This document shows positions 43,029 through 54,771 of a DNA stretch of 64,000 bases, piece after piece; position 1 is the stretch's first letter; each line of letters starts with the position of its first letter. Origin of the DNA: Escherichia coli (lineage in GTDB: Bacteria; Pseudomonadota; Gammaproteobacteria; Enterobacterales; Enterobacteriaceae). Below the pieces are notes generated by a model, which had not been told where the DNA came from, made no database searches, and saw only the letters and a list, made by a program, of their open reading frames with translations. The translations under genes were made by a program, and so were the position numbers. The stretch is taken from assembly GCF_003334405.1 (NCBI RefSeq), contig NZ_QOWM01000005.1, one strand, 5' to 3'.

Positions 43029-44297
43029 TTAGCGCTTTAACGACGCAAAAATTTTGGCAAAATCAAACGGGCTAATCACTTTCTCGCGATTTACATCTAG
43101 AAAATCCGCCCACCACTGCAACATCAATCTTCTCTCATCCAAATGTTCTGCCTTATGGATATAAGCCGCTCGAACGGAGTTACGTTCCATATGGCTCATC
43201 TGACGCTCTACCGCATCCCTCGACCACAGCCCTGACTCAATCAGCGAGCTACATGCCATAGTCCTGAAACCATGCCCACAAACCTCTACCCTAGTGTCAT
43301 AACCCATAACGCGCAGCGCCTTGTTCACCGTGTTTTCACTCATCGGTTTACGCGGATCATGATCGCCAATGAAAACAAAATCGCGCTCGCCACTAAGCTT
43401 GTGAACCTGTTTGAGGATTGCCAGAGCCTGATGAGACAATGGCACCAGATGAGGTGTGCGCATTTTAGAACCACGTTGAGAGTGCTTCACTCCTTCGATA
43501 GCTTCTCGTTCTGCCGGTATCGTCCACATTGCCGTATCGAAATCGATCTCAGACCAGCGGGCAAAGCGCAATTCACTGGAACGAATGAAGATTAATAAGG
43601 TTAGCTCAACAGCCAGGCGGGTCAAAGGGCGTCCCGTGTAACCGTCAATTCGGTGGAGCAGTTCAGGTAGACGTTTCAGCTCAAGTGCAGGGCGATGGAC
43701 ACGGTTACTGGAAGCAACTGCGCCAGCCATCTCTTGAGCCGGGTTGTAATCAATCAGCCCACTTTGTACCGCATAGCGCATGATTGCTGTGGTTCTCTGC
43801 TGAAGGCGAGAAGCAACTTCAAAGCGGCCTGTCGCTTCCACGATTTTTATGGGTGCAAGCAGGTCACGAGTTTTTAGCTCTTCGATACTTCGTCTGCCAA
43901 TTGCCGAGAACAAATTGTCCTCTAAGCTCTTCAATACCCTTCGGCTGTGTTCTTCGGACCATTTCTTATTAGTAGCGTGCCATTCTCTGGCAACTGACTC
44001 GAAGGTAATAGCCTCTTTCGCCTGTTCTTCTTTCACAGCACGTTTATGCTCGCGAGGGTCGATTCCAGCAGCAACAAGTCTCCTAGCCTCTTCTCTTTTT
44101 TGACGGGCATCAGCCAGTGAAGTTTCAGGGTAAACACCGAAAGCCATCAGGTGTTGCTTGCCACCGAAGCGAAAGCGGAACCGCCAGTATTTTGAGCCGT
44201 TGGGATGAATCAGCAAAAACATGCCATCCCCATCGACTAGGGTGTACTCCTTTTCCTGCGGTTTCGCAGAACGTACTTTAGTATCTGTCAGAGCCAT
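43029..44297 (-). CDS. P4-type tyrosine integrase
   Basis: 422-aa ORF with the tyrosine recombinase C-terminal region (HGFRTMACSSL ... RAAYIHKAEH); start about 200 bp from the leuX 3' end. Confidence 0.85.
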   Translation of the reverse strand: MALTDTKVRSAKPQEKEYTLVDGDGMFLLIHPNGSKYWRFRFRFGGKQHLMAFGVYPETSLADARQKREEARRLVAAGIDPREHKRAVKEEQAKEAITFESVAREWHATNKKWSEEHSRRVLKSLEDNLFSAIGRRSIEELKTRDLLAPIKIVEATGRFEVASRLQQRTTAIMRYAVQSGLIDYNPAQEMAGAVASSNRVHRPALELKRLPELLHRIDGYTGRPLTRLAVELTLLIFIRSSELRFARWSEIDFDTAMWTIPAEREAIEGVKHSQRGSKMRTPHLVPLSHQALAILKQVHKLSGERDFVFIGDHDPRKPMSENTVNKALRVMGYDTRVEVCGHGFRTMACSSLIESGLWSRDAVERQMSHMERNSVRAAYIHKAEHLDERRLMLQWWADFLDVNREKVISPFDFAKIFASLKR

Positions 44298-44496
44298 AAA
44301 AGTTCTCCTTCCATGTGCCGCTGTGAGTATACAACCATTATCGAACCAGCATATATACTCGGTTCTATACTCACAAGCGACTTGATGTGGGTTGACTCAG
44401 ATTGACTTCTGTTGAAAGGAAAATCGCGGAAGGCCTTGTATGACGGGGATTTCAGGCATAAAAAAAGACCTCAGTTGAGGTCCATTTACATGCTTT

Positions 44497-44581
44497 TGGT
44501 GCCGAAGGCCGGACTCGAACCGGCACGTATTTCTACGGTTGATTTTGAATCAACTGCGTCTACCGATTTCGCCACTTCGGC
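44497..44581 (-). tRNA. leuX: tRNA-Leu (CAA anticodon), leuX
   Basis: Reverse complement reads GCCGAAGTGGCGAAATCGGTAGACGCAGTTGATTCAAAATCAACCGTAGAAATACGTGCCGGTTCGAGTCCGGCCTTCGGCACCA, 85 nt with CAA anticodon, long variable arm and encoded CCA. Confidence 0.9.
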
Positions 44582-44776
44582 ACTGAAGAGGTATGCGGAA
44601 AACGTTGTGAATTATACCTGTCACGCACCACCATGCAAGCGCCAGCTTGCTCGCACCTCGCTAAGTGCTGAAATTTTCAGCATTGCATACCGCGATGTGT
44701 AACCTTTGTCACACTCCAGGCACCCCGCCCTGCCATGCTCTACACTTCCCAGACAACACCAGAGAAGGACCAAAAA

Positions 44777-45796
44777 ATGTCGATGATAAAAAGCTATGCC
44801 GCAAAAGAAGCGGGCGGCGAACTGGAAGTTTATGAGTACGATCCCGGTGAGCTGAAGCCACAAGATATTGAAGTGCAGGTGGATTACTGCGGGATCTGCC
44901 ATTCCGATCTGTCGATGATCGATAACGAATGGGGATTTTCACAGTATCCGCTGGTTGCCGGGCATGAGGTGATTGGGCGCGTGGTGGCACTCGGGAGCGC
45001 CGCGCAGGATAAAGGTTTGCAGGTCGGTCAGCGTGTCGGGATTGGCTGGACGGCGCGTAGCTGTGGTCACTGCGACGCCTGTATTAGCGGTAATCAGATC
45101 AACTGCGAGCAAGGTGCGGTGCCGACGATTATGAATCGCGGTGGCTTTGCCGAGAAGTTGCGTGCGGACTGGCAATGGGTGATTCCACTGCCAGAAAATA
45201 TTGATATCGAGTCCGCCGGGCCGCTGTTGTGCGGCGGTATCACGGTCTTTAAACCACTATTGATGCACCATATCACTGCTACCAGCCGCGTTGGGGTAAT
45301 TGGTATTGGCGGGCTGGGGCATATCGCTATAAAACTTCTGCACGCAATGGGATGCGAGGTGACAGCCTTTAGTTCAAATCCGGCGAAAGAGCAGGAAGTA
45401 CTGGCGATGGGTGCCGATAAAGTGGTGAATAGCCGCGATCCGCAGGCACTGAAAACTCTGGCGGGGCAGTTTGATCTCATTATCAATACTGTGAACGTCA
45501 GCCTCGACTGGCAGCCTTATTTTGAGGCGCTGACGTATGGCGGTAATTTCCATACGGTCGGTGCGGTTCTCACGCCGCTGTCTGTTCCGGCCTTTACGTT
45601 AATTGCGGGCGATCGCAGTGTCTCTGGCTCTGCTACTGGCACGCCTTATGAGTTGCGTAAGCTGATGCGTTTTGCCGCCCGCAGCAAGGTTGCGCCGACT
45701 ACCGAATTGTTCCCGATGTCGAAAATTAACGACGCCATCCAGCATGTGCGCGACGGTAAGGCGCGTTACCGCGTGGTGTTGAAAGCCGATTTTTGA
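44777..45796 (+). CDS. ahr: NADPH-dependent aldehyde reductase Ahr (YjgB), zinc-type alcohol dehydrogenase
   Basis: ATG 44777 ([13 protein letters not shown]...), zinc-binding GHEVIG and Cys cluster, GIGGLGH cofactor motif. Confidence 0.85.
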   Translation: MSMIKSYAAKEAGGELEVYEYDPGELKPQDIEVQVDYCGICHSDLSMIDNEWGFSQYPLVAGHEVIGRVVALGSAAQDKGLQVGQRVGIGWTARSCGHCDACISGNQINCEQGAVPTIMNRGGFAEKLRADWQWVIPLPENIDIESAGPLLCGGITVFKPLLMHHITATSRVGVIGIGGLGHIAIKLLHAMGCEVTAFSSNPAKEQEVLAMGADKVVNSRDPQALKTLAGQFDLIINTVNVSLDWQPYFEALTYGGNFHTVGAVLTPLSVPAFTLIAGDRSVSGSATGTPYELRKLMRFAARSKVAPTTELFPMSKINDAIQHVRDGKARYRVVLKADF

Positions 45797-45799
45797 AAA

Positions 45800-46363
45800 T
45801 CATTCGCAGCGCTGATCTGAGGCGCTGCCCTCTTTCGCACATATTCTGTTTTGTCGTATCGCCAGCACAGCCTGCCGACATTGTTCAGTGACATTGGCAA
45901 TATCATGGTTGATATCAATGCGCACAATATCCTGTTCATCTTCTTGTGGACGCTCCAGTGCCTCAAACTGACTTTTTAGTAACGCTACCGGCATAAAATG
46001 CCCAGCCCGACGCTGCATTCGCGCGAGAATAGTTTCATAGTCGCCATCTAACCAGAGGAAATGAACATGGGGGCTACCCTTGCGTAAAATATCACGATAC
46101 TGTTTTTTTAATGATGAACAGACAATAAATCCTGTTTCATTCTTTTTATAAAGACTGTATGAAGCATCATTTAAGCGTTCCAGCCAGGGAAGTCGATCTT
46201 CATCAGATAATGGAATACCCTGCGACATTTTATCTATATTTTTGGCTGGATGAAGATCGTCACCATCAATAAATTTAGCAGATAATAACGCGGCAACCTT
46301 GCTACCAATTAATGTTTTACCACTCCCTGAAACGCCCATCAAAATAAAGCTTTCACCCGCCAT
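45800..46363 (-). CDS. idnK: D-gluconate kinase IdnK (thermosensitive)
   Basis: 187-aa ORF with Walker A GVSGSGKT; divergent from idnD. Confidence 0.85.
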   Translation of the reverse strand: MAGESFILMGVSGSGKTLIGSKVAALLSAKFIDGDDLHPAKNIDKMSQGIPLSDEDRLPWLERLNDASYSLYKKNETGFIVCSSLKKQYRDILRKGSPHVHFLWLDGDYETILARMQRRAGHFMPVALLKSQFEALERPQEDEQDIVRIDINHDIANVTEQCRQAVLAIRQNRICAKEGSASDQRCE

Positions 46364-46579
46364 TTAAAATCTCCTGAATCATCTTACCTGCTGCGATACT
46401 ACGCCTGGTGGCATAATAATTTCACGTTTTTTTATTTCTGCTGATAAGAATTACAAGGCACATCACGTTATGCGTAACATAGTAATGTAACAATTTTCTG
46501 ACGTGATCTTCATCACAAATAATAACAATTAAAACCGCTTAAATGCTTCCGAGGTGTCTACCTGACCAGTGAGGAATTT

Positions 46580-47611
46580 ATGCAAGTGAAAACACAGTCC
46601 TGCGTTGTTGCGGGCAAGAAAACTGTTGCCGTTACCGAGCAGACGATAGATTGGAATAATAATGGAACATTAGTACAAATAACCCGAGGTGGAATTTGCG
46701 GTTCCGATTTACATTATTATCAGGAAGGAAAAGTAGGTAATTTCATGATAAAGGCACCGATGGTGTTAGGTCATGAAGTTATCGGTAAAGTTATTCATAG
46801 CGACTCATCAGAATTACATGAAGGGCAAACGGTAGCCATTAATCCGTCTAAACCGTGCGGTCACTGCAAATACTGCATTGAACATAACGAGAATCAGTGT
46901 ACAGATATGCGTTTTTTTGGCAGTGCCATGTATTTCCCTCATGTTGATGGTGGTTTTACCCGTTATAAAATGGTCGAAACGTCGCAATGTGTCCCTTATC
47001 CGGCCAAAGCTGACGAAAAGGTTATGGCTTTTGCCGAACCTTTAGCCGTCGCGATTCATGCCGCACATCAGGCCGGCGAGTTACAGGGCAAGCGAGTATT
47101 TATTTCTGGTGTTGGGCCCATTGGCTGCCTGATTGTCAGTGCTGTGAAAACACTGGGGGCCGCGGAAATTGTCTGTGCCGATGTGAGTCCCCGTTCCCTT
47201 TCGCTGGGTAAAGAGATGGGGGCGGATGTGCTCGTAAACCCACAAAACGACGACATGGATCACTGGAAAGCGGAAAAAGGCTATTTCGATGTCAGCTTTG
47301 AAGTGTCCGGTCATCCTTCATCAGTGAATACCTGTCTGGAGGTCACTCGTGCACGCGGCGTAATGGTGCAGGTAGGTATGGGAGGCGCGATGGCAGAATT
47401 CCCAATGATGACATTGATTGGTAAGGAGATTTCACTCAAAGGCTCTTTCCGTTTTACCAGCGAATTTAATACCGCAGTGTCATGGCTGGCGAATGGCGTT
47501 ATCAATCCACTGCCTTTACTGAGTGCTGAATATCCCTTCACTGACCTGGAAGAGGCGCTACGTTTCGCCGGTGATAAAACCCAGGCAGCAAAAGTCCAGC
47601 TTGTTTTCTAA
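46580..47611 (+). CDS. idnD: L-idonate 5-dehydrogenase IdnD
   Basis: 343-aa zinc-type dehydrogenase (GHEVIG, Cys-rich structural zinc site); first gene of idnDOTR. Confidence 0.9.
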   Translation: MQVKTQSCVVAGKKTVAVTEQTIDWNNNGTLVQITRGGICGSDLHYYQEGKVGNFMIKAPMVLGHEVIGKVIHSDSSELHEGQTVAINPSKPCGHCKYCIEHNENQCTDMRFFGSAMYFPHVDGGFTRYKMVETSQCVPYPAKADEKVMAFAEPLAVAIHAAHQAGELQGKRVFISGVGPIGCLIVSAVKTLGAAEIVCADVSPRSLSLGKEMGADVLVNPQNDDMDHWKAEKGYFDVSFEVSGHPSSVNTCLEVTRARGVMVQVGMGGAMAEFPMMTLIGKEISLKGSFRFTSEFNTAVSWLANGVINPLPLLSAEYPFTDLEEALRFAGDKTQAAKVQLVF

Positions 47612-47634
47612 GAGATAAATAAAGGAATAATACA

Positions 47635-48399
47635 ATGAACGATCTATTTTCACTGGCAGGAAAAAATATCTTGATTACCGGTTCAGCACAGGGCATTGGC
47701 TTTTTACTGGCAACCGGCCTGGGTAAATATGGCGCACAAATAATTATTAATGATATTACTGCCGAACGCGCAGAACTTGCTGTAGAAAAACTCCACCAGG
47801 AGGGTATTCAGGCCGTTGCCGCACCTTTTAATGTTACTCATAAACATGAAATTGATGCCGCCGTTGAACATATCGAAAAGGACATCGGCCCCATTGATGT
47901 GCTGGTGAATAACGCCGGTATCCAGCGCCGTCATCCTTTTACTGAGTTCCCTGAACAAGAGTGGAATGATGTGATCGCAGTAAACCAGACCGCCGTGTTC
48001 CTGGTATCGCAAGCAGTAACTCGTCACATGGTTGAACGCAAGGCAGGTAAAGTTATTAATATTTGCTCGATGCAAAGCGAACTGGGACGTGACACCATCA
48101 CCCCTTATGCCGCATCGAAAGGGGCGGTAAAAATGCTCACCCGCGGCATGTGCGTCGAGCTGGCGCGCCACAATATTCAGGTCAACGGTATTGCGCCGGG
48201 CTATTTCAAAACAGAAATGACTAAAGCACTGGTTGAGGACGAAGCCTTCACCGCCTGGTTGTGCAAACGGACCCCCGCCGCACGCTGGGGAGATCCGCAG
48301 GAACTGATTGGTGCTGCGGTGTTCCTTTCTTCAAAAGCCTCTGATTTCGTAAACGGCCACCTGTTGTTTGTTGATGGCGGCATGTTAGTGGCTGTTTAA
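47635..48399 (+). CDS. idnO: 5-keto-D-gluconate 5-reductase IdnO (SDR family)
   Basis: 254-aa ORF with TGSAQGIG and the SDR catalytic motifs. Confidence 0.9.
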   Translation: MNDLFSLAGKNILITGSAQGIGFLLATGLGKYGAQIIINDITAERAELAVEKLHQEGIQAVAAPFNVTHKHEIDAAVEHIEKDIGPIDVLVNNAGIQRRHPFTEFPEQEWNDVIAVNQTAVFLVSQAVTRHMVERKAGKVINICSMQSELGRDTITPYAASKGAVKMLTRGMCVELARHNIQVNGIAPGYFKTEMTKALVEDEAFTAWLCKRTPAARWGDPQELIGAAVFLSSKASDFVNGHLLFVDGGMLVAV

Positions 48400-48463
48400 C
48401 ACCTACTACCCTACGTGCAGCGCGAAAGCGCTGCTTTTCTGGCACTAATAAGAGATAAAGACT

Positions 48464-49783
48464 ATGCCATTAATCATTATTGCGGCAGGCGTCGCGCTGC
48501 TTCTTATCCTGATGATCGGCTTTAAAGTTAACGGCTTTATTGCCCTCGTTCTGGTAGCTGCCGTCGTCGGATTTGCCGAAGGGATGGATGCACAGGCCGT
48601 CCTGCACTCTATACAAAATGGTATCGGCAGCACGCTCGGTGGGCTGGCAATGATCCTCGGTTTCGGGGCCATGTTAGGCAAGCTGATTTCTGATACGGGT
48701 GCGGCACAACGTATCGCCACTACGCTGATTGCTACTTTTGGTAAAAAACGCGTGCAATGGGCGCTAGTGATCACTGGTCTGGTTGTGGGCCTCGCCATGT
48801 TTTTTGAAGTGGGTTTTGTCCTGCTGTTGCCGTTGGTATTTACCATCGTAGCATCATCAGGATTACCCCTGTTGTATGTTGGCGTACCAATGGTAGCAGC
48901 GCTCTCTGTAACCCACTGTTTTCTGCCGCCACATCCAGGGCCTACTGCCATCGCGACTATCTTTGAGGCTAATCTCGGAACGACTTTACTGTATGGATTT
49001 ATCATTACCATTCCGACAGTTATTGTCGCAGGACCGCTGTTTTCTAAACTGCTAACTCGCTTTGAGAAAGCACCACCGGAAGGCTTATTTAATCCTCATC
49101 TGTTTAGCGAAGAGGAGATGCCCTCCTTCTGGAACAGTATTTTCGCTGCCGTGATCCCGGTCATCCTGATGGCTATCGCCGCCGTTTGTGAAATTACGTT
49201 ACCGAAAACTAACACCGTGCGCCTCTTCTTTGAATTTGTCGGTAACCCTGCCGTTGCGCTGTTTATTGCCATTGTTATTGCGATTTTCACACTGGGCCGA
49301 CGTAATGGACGCACCATCGAGCAAATCATGGATATCATTGGGGATTCTATAGGCGCTATCGCGATGATTGTGTTTATTATCGCTGGCGGCGGCGCGTTTA
49401 AGCAGGTATTAGTAGATAGCGGTGTCGGGCACTATATTTCACACTTAATGACCGGAACTACGCTTTCGCCGTTATTGATGTGCTGGACTGTTGCGGCGCT
49501 GTTGCGTATCGCTCTGGGCTCTGCCACCGTCGCGGCCATTACCACCGCGGGTGTGGTGTTGCCGATTATCAACGTTACCCATGCCGATCCCGCTTTAATG
49601 GTACTGGCAACCGGTGCGGGCAGCGTGATCGCGTCACACGTAAACGACCCTGGCTTCTGGCTATTTAAAGGGTATTTTAATCTGACGGTTGGTGAAACGT
49701 TGCGTACCTGGACGGTGATGGAAACCCTTATTTCTATTATGGGTTTGCTGGGCGTGTTAGCCATTAACGCCGTATTGCACTGA
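48464..49783 (+). CDS. idnT: L-idonate / 5-ketogluconate / gluconate transporter IdnT (GntP family)
   Basis: 439-aa polytopic membrane protein. Confidence 0.9.
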   Translation: MPLIIIAAGVALLLILMIGFKVNGFIALVLVAAVVGFAEGMDAQAVLHSIQNGIGSTLGGLAMILGFGAMLGKLISDTGAAQRIATTLIATFGKKRVQWALVITGLVVGLAMFFEVGFVLLLPLVFTIVASSGLPLLYVGVPMVAALSVTHCFLPPHPGPTAIATIFEANLGTTLLYGFIITIPTVIVAGPLFSKLLTRFEKAPPEGLFNPHLFSEEEMPSFWNSIFAAVIPVILMAIAAVCEITLPKTNTVRLFFEFVGNPAVALFIAIVIAIFTLGRRNGRTIEQIMDIIGDSIGAIAMIVFIIAGGGAFKQVLVDSGVGHYISHLMTGTTLSPLLMCWTVAALLRIALGSATVAAITTAGVVLPIINVTHADPALMVLATGAGSVIASHVNDPGFWLFKGYFNLTVGETLRTWTVMETLISIMGLLGVLAINAVLH

Positions 49784-49849
49784 AAGAATAAAATATTGTG
49801 ATGTAGTTTCGGGGGAAGATTGAAGATTCCCCCGACGTTGGGAGAAGTT

Positions 49850-50848
49850 ATGCGCAATCACAGAATTTCTTTACAGGATATCGCTACGCTGGCTGGCGTA
49901 ACAAAAATGACCGTGAGTCGTTATATCCGCTCGCCGAAAAAGGTGGCAAAGGAAACAGGCGAGCGCATCGCCAAAATTATGGAAGAGATCAATTATATCC
50001 CTAATCGCGCTCCCGGCATGTTGTTGAATGCACAAAGTTATACCCTCGGTATCTTGATTCCGTCATTTCAAAATCAACTCTTCGCTGACATTCTCGCGGG
50101 AATAGAATCCGTCACCTCTGAGCATAATTATCAGACCCTTATTGCTAATTACAATTACGATCGCGATTCCGAAGAAGAGTCGGTGATTAACCTGCTCTCT
50201 TATAACATTGACGGGATTATACTTTCGGAAAAATATCACACCATCAGGACGGTGAAATTTCTGCGTTCAGCCACCATTCCGGTCGTGGAATTGATGGATG
50301 TACAGGGAGAACGGCTGGATATGGAGGTCGGTTTTGATAATCGGCAGGCCGCTTTTGACATGGTGTGTACCATGCTGGAGAAGCGAGTCAGGCACAAAAT
50401 TCTGTATCTCGGTTCCAAAGATGACACCCGCGATGAACAGCGTTATCAGGGGTATTGCGATGCGATGATGCTGCATAATCTTTCCCCATTACGCATGAAT
50501 CCACGCGCCATCTCATCCATTCATTTAGGAATGCAGTTAATGCGTGATGCCCTTAGCGCAAACCCGGATTTAGACGGTGTATTTTGCACCAATGACGATA
50601 TTGCGATGGGTGCGCTTCTGCTGTGCCGCGAGCGAAACCTCGCCGTGCCAGAACAAATTTCCATTGCGGGTTTTCATGGGCTGGAGATTGGCAGGCAAAT
50701 GATCCCAAGCCTCGCCAGCGTAATTACTCCCCGTTTTGATATTGGTCGGATGGCCGCCCAAATGTTGCTGAGCAAAATTAAAAATAACGATCACAACCAC
50801 AACACTGTTGACCTCGGGTATCAGATTTATCACGGCAACACGCTTTAG
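49850..50848 (+). CDS. idnR: LacI-family transcriptional regulator IdnR
   Basis: ATG 49850 after GGAGA; N-terminal helix-turn-helix [26 protein letters not shown]. Confidence 0.85.
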   Translation: MRNHRISLQDIATLAGVTKMTVSRYIRSPKKVAKETGERIAKIMEEINYIPNRAPGMLLNAQSYTLGILIPSFQNQLFADILAGIESVTSEHNYQTLIANYNYDRDSEEESVINLLSYNIDGIILSEKYHTIRTVKFLRSATIPVVELMDVQGERLDMEVGFDNRQAAFDMVCTMLEKRVRHKILYLGSKDDTRDEQRYQGYCDAMMLHNLSPLRMNPRAISSIHLGMQLMRDALSANPDLDGVFCTNDDIAMGALLLCRERNLAVPEQISIAGFHGLEIGRQMIPSLASVITPRFDIGRMAAQMLLSKIKNNDHNHNTVDLGYQIYHGNTL

Positions 50849-50925
50849 GTTATTTTCTCTTCATTACACGTATTCTCTTTGCCGGACGTTGCCTATACTC
50901 CAGGCAGGAAACTGGAGGATATCTC

Positions 50926-52428
50926 ATGAGCGAACCCCTGTTAATTGCCCGCACGCCGGACACAGAACTATTTTTACTGCCGGGAATGGCTAACCGTCAC
51001 GGGCTGATTACTGGCGCAACGGGGACGGGTAAAACTGTCACGCTGCAAAAACTGGCGGAGTCTCTATCGGAAATCGGTGTTCCGGTGTTTATGGCCGATG
51101 TGAAAGGCGATCTGACCGGCATCGCGCAGGCAGGAACGGCGTCGGAAAAACTGCTCGCAAGGCTTAAAAATATCGGCGTAAATGACTGGCAACCGCATGC
51201 TAATCCGGTGGTGGTGTGGGATATCTTTGGCGAGAAGGGCCATCCGGTGCGGGCGACGGTTTCGGATCTGGGGCCGCTGTTGCTGGCGCGGCTGTTGAAT
51301 CTCAACGATGTGCAATCTGGCGTGCTGAATATCATTTTCCGCATTGCTGACGATCAGGGGCTGTTACTGCTCGACTTTAAAGATCTGCGGGCAATTACCC
51401 AGTACATCGGCGATAACGCCAAATCCTTCCAGAATCAGTACGGTAATATCAGTAGCGCATCGGTTGGTGCCATCCAGCGCGGGCTGTTATCGCTGGAACA
51501 GCAAGGCGCAGCACACTTCTTTGGTGAGCCGATGCTGGATATCAAAGACTGGATGCGTACCGATGCCAACGGTAAAGGCGTTATCAATATCCTCAGCGCC
51601 GAGAAGCTTTATCAGATGCCGAAACTGTACGCCGCCAGCCTGCTGTGGATGCTTTCAGAGTTGTATGAACAATTGCCTGAAGCGGGCGATCTGGAGAAAC
51701 CAAAACTGGTGTTTTTCTTCGACGAAGCACATCTGCTGTTTAACGATGCGCCACAGGTACTGCTGGATAAGATTGAGCAGGTGATAAGGCTTATTCGCTC
51801 AAAAGGCGTGGGCGTCTGGTTCGTTTCGCAAAACCCGTCAGATATTCCGGATAATGTGCTCGGGCAGCTAGGTAATCGCGTTCAACACGCTTTGCGGGCT
51901 TTTACGCCCAAAGATCAGAAAGCAGTAAAAGCTGCGGCGCAAACCATGCGGGCCAATCCGGCGTTTGATACCGAAAAGGCAATCCAGGAACTGGGGACCG
52001 GTGAGGCGTTAATCTCGTTTCTCGATGCGAAAGGAAGTCCTTCAGTGGTGGAACGGGCGATGGTTATCGCGCCTTGTTCGCGAATGGGGCCGGTGACGGA
52101 AGATGAGCGTAATGGCTTGATTAATCACTCTCCGGTGTATGGCAAATATGAGGATGAGGTGGACCGGGAATCCGCCTATGAGATGTTGCAAAAAGGCTTT
52201 CAGGCCAGTACCGAGCAGCAAAATAATCCCCCCGCGAAAGGGAAAGAGGTAGCGGTGGATGACGGCATTCTTGGTGGATTGAAGGATATTTTGTTTGGCA
52301 CTACTGGACCACGCGGCGGGAAGAAAGATGGTGTGGTGCAAACAATGGCAAAAAGCGCCGCCCGCCAGGTGACGAATCAGATTGTGCGCGGGATGTTGGG
52401 GAGTTTGCTGGGGGGGAGAAGAAGGTAA
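50926..52428 (+). CDS. yjgR: Putative ATPase YjgR (DUF853-like)
   Basis: 500-aa ORF with Walker A GATGTGKT and Walker B FFFDEAH. Confidence 0.85.
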   Translation: MSEPLLIARTPDTELFLLPGMANRHGLITGATGTGKTVTLQKLAESLSEIGVPVFMADVKGDLTGIAQAGTASEKLLARLKNIGVNDWQPHANPVVVWDIFGEKGHPVRATVSDLGPLLLARLLNLNDVQSGVLNIIFRIADDQGLLLLDFKDLRAITQYIGDNAKSFQNQYGNISSASVGAIQRGLLSLEQQGAAHFFGEPMLDIKDWMRTDANGKGVINILSAEKLYQMPKLYAASLLWMLSELYEQLPEAGDLEKPKLVFFFDEAHLLFNDAPQVLLDKIEQVIRLIRSKGVGVWFVSQNPSDIPDNVLGQLGNRVQHALRAFTPKDQKAVKAAAQTMRANPAFDTEKAIQELGTGEALISFLDAKGSPSVVERAMVIAPCSRMGPVTEDERNGLINHSPVYGKYEDEVDRESAYEMLQKGFQASTEQQNNPPAKGKEVAVDDGILGGLKDILFGTTGPRGGKKDGVVQTMAKSAARQVTNQIVRGMLGSLLGGRRR

Positions 52429-52588
52429 GCCAGGTGCGATTTGTCTTTGCCTGATGCGACGCTGGCGCGCCTTATCATGCCCACACCACTGCAATATATT
52501 GAATTTTCATGATTTTTCAGGCATGAACGAAGCACACTTTGCTAACAATAATAAAGGGAGCTTTCGCTCCCTTTATTCGTTCATCAGG

Positions 52589-53671
52589 TTACGATTTTCT
52601 CATTAACAGCCACAGGCTGATTAAGAAGAAGCTGGCACTTGGCAAAAGTGCGCCGATGATCGGCGGGATGCCGTAAACCAACGTCAGCGGGCCGAAGATC
52701 TGGTCCAGTACGTAGAAGACAAAACCGAAGCTAATACCAGTGACCACACGCACGCCCATCGGTACGCTACGCAGTGGGCCAAAGATGAACGACAGCGCCA
52801 TCAGCATCATCACCGCCACGGATAGCGGCTGGAAGATTTTGCTCCACATGTTGAGCTGATAACGTCCGGCATCCTGACCGCTCGACTTCAGATACTTCAC
52901 ATAGTTGTGCAAACCGCTGATAGAGAGTGCATCCGGGTCCAGCGCCACCACGCCCAGTTTGTCTGGCGTGAGGTTGGTTTTCCAGGTGCCGCTCACCGTC
53001 TGCGAACCGGTGATCTGTTTCGGATTGGTCAAATCAGATTCATCAACCTGCGACAGACGCCAGACTTTATGTTCAGGGTCAAACTTCGCGGTAGCGGCAT
53101 AGCGTACGGATTGCAGACGACGATTCTCGTTAAAGGCATAGATACTGATGCCACCTAACTCTTCGTCACCTTTAACCCGCTCAATGTAGACGAAGTTGTT
53201 GCCATCTTTCGCCCATAAACCTTGCTGGGTAGAGAGCAACGAGCCGCCGTACATCGCCTGCGCACGGTAGTTACGCGCCATCTGCTCGCCCTGCGGCGCG
53301 ACCCATTCACCAATCGCCATCGTCAGCAAGACCAGCGGAATGGCGGTTTTCATCACCGACAGCGCCACCTGCATACGAGTAAAACCAGAAGCCTGCATGA
53401 CTACCAGTTCGCTGCGCTGCGCCAGCATCCCAAGACCAAGCAACGCCCCAAGCAGAGCCGCCATCGGGAAGAAGATTTGCACATCTTTCGGCACGCTCAG
53501 CAAGGTATACATTCCTGCGCCTAACGCGTCGTAACTCCCCTGCCCGGCTTTTTTCAGCTGATCGACAAACTTGATAATGCCCGACAGCGACACCAGCATG
53601 AACAGCGTCATCATGATGGTGGTGAAAATAGTTTTACCGATATAGCGGTCAAGTACGCCAAAAGGTTGCAT
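52589..53671 (-). CDS. lptG: Lipopolysaccharide export permease LptG
   Basis: 360-aa membrane protein (MQPFGVLDRYIGKTIF...) overlapping the lptF stop. Confidence 0.9.
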   Translation of the reverse strand: MQPFGVLDRYIGKTIFTTIMMTLFMLVSLSGIIKFVDQLKKAGQGSYDALGAGMYTLLSVPKDVQIFFPMAALLGALLGLGMLAQRSELVVMQASGFTRMQVALSVMKTAIPLVLLTMAIGEWVAPQGEQMARNYRAQAMYGGSLLSTQQGLWAKDGNNFVYIERVKGDEELGGISIYAFNENRRLQSVRYAATAKFDPEHKVWRLSQVDESDLTNPKQITGSQTVSGTWKTNLTPDKLGVVALDPDALSISGLHNYVKYLKSSGQDAGRYQLNMWSKIFQPLSVAVMMLMALSFIFGPLRSVPMGVRVVTGISFGFVFYVLDQIFGPLTLVYGIPPIIGALLPSASFFLISLWLLMRKS

Positions 53672-54771
53672 CACACCGCTCCTTTACGCGAAAAACTGGC
53701 GCGCAGGCGGCGGACCGGCACGGTGTCCCAAAGGTTGAGAACAATCGCCAAAGCCAGATAAATCAGGTTAACGGTCCACATCCACAGCGTCGGGTCCAGC
53801 TTACCTTTACCGCCGTTCGATTTCAGGGAGGTCTGGATCAGGAAGAACAACAGATACAGCAGCATGGCTGGCAGCATCGATAGTACGCGCCCCTGACGCG
53901 GGTTAACCACGCTCAGCGGTACGACCATAAGTGCCATCATAAACACGGTGAACACCAACGTGATACGCCAGTTCAGTTCTGCGCGAGCACGATCGGTGTC
54001 AGTGTTCCACAATGTGCGCATGTCCATCTGGTCGGTATCGTTCGGGTCGAGCGCCACCGCCTGGTGACCAATGATCGCCTGATAATCCTGGAAATCCGTA
54101 ATGCGGAAATCACGTAACAGTGCAGTGCCTTCGAAGCGCGTTCCCTGGTTGAGAGTGACGACCTGGGAGCCGTCGCGCAGCTGGGTTAAATGTCCGGAAT
54201 CGGCCACCACCACAGAAGGACGTGCATTACCTTTTGGTCGAATTTGCGCGAGGAACACATCTTTGAAATCGCTGCCGTCAACGCTTTCGATGAACAGCAC
54301 CGAACTGCCATTAGTCGCTTGCTGGAATTGCCCTTGCGCCAGCGCCGCCATGCCAGGGTTCGCTTTCGCTTCTGCTAACACTTCATCCTGATGACGCGAT
54401 GACCACGGTCCCGCCCACATCACGTTAACCGCCGCGACGATTGCCGTGAATACCGCAAGGATCATTGCCGCTTTCACCAGAACCGCTTTGCTCAGGCCGC
54501 AGGCATGCATTACCGTAATTTCACTTTCGGTATACAGTTTGCCCAGCGTCATCAGCAGCCCGAGGAACAGGCTTAATGGCAGGATAAGCTGCGCCATTTC
54601 CGGCACGCCCAACCCGAGAAGGGAGAGCACCAGATTCGCCGGAATATCGCCGTCAACCGCTGCGCCGAGGATCCTCACTAACTTTTGACAGAAGAAGATC
54701 AAAAGCAAGATGAAGAGTATCGCCAGCTGGCTTTTGAGCGTCTCCCGCACCAGATATCTTATGATTATCAC
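53671..54771 (-). CDS. lptF: Lipopolysaccharide export permease LptF
   Basis: 366-aa membrane protein (MIIIRYLVRETLKSQL...). Confidence 0.9.
   Translation of the reverse strand: MIIIRYLVRETLKSQLAILFILLLIFFCQKLVRILGAAVDGDIPANLVLSLLGLGVPEMAQLILPLSLFLGLLMTLGKLYTESEITVMHACGLSKAVLVKAAMILAVFTAIVAAVNVMWAGPWSSRHQDEVLAEAKANPGMAALAQGQFQQATNGSSVLFIESVDGSDFKDVFLAQIRPKGNARPSVVVADSGHLTQLRDGSQVVTLNQGTRFEGTALLRDFRITDFQDYQAIIGHQAVALDPNDTDQMDMRTLWNTDTDRARAELNWRITLVFTVFMMALMVVPLSVVNPRQGRVLSMLPAMLLYLLFFLIQTSLKSNGGKGKLDPTLWMWTVNLIYLALAIVLNLWDTVPVRRLRASFSRKGAV

Noticed and set aside
44412-44702. 96-aa plus-strand ORF spanning the leuX locus
   Set aside because: Overlaps the tRNA gene on the opposite strand and its promoter; translation has no recognisable features.
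47704-49857. Minus-strand ORFs antisense to idnO and idnT (47704-48171, 48445-49011, 49432-49857)
   Set aside because: Antisense to well-supported idn genes whose translations show clear family motifs.
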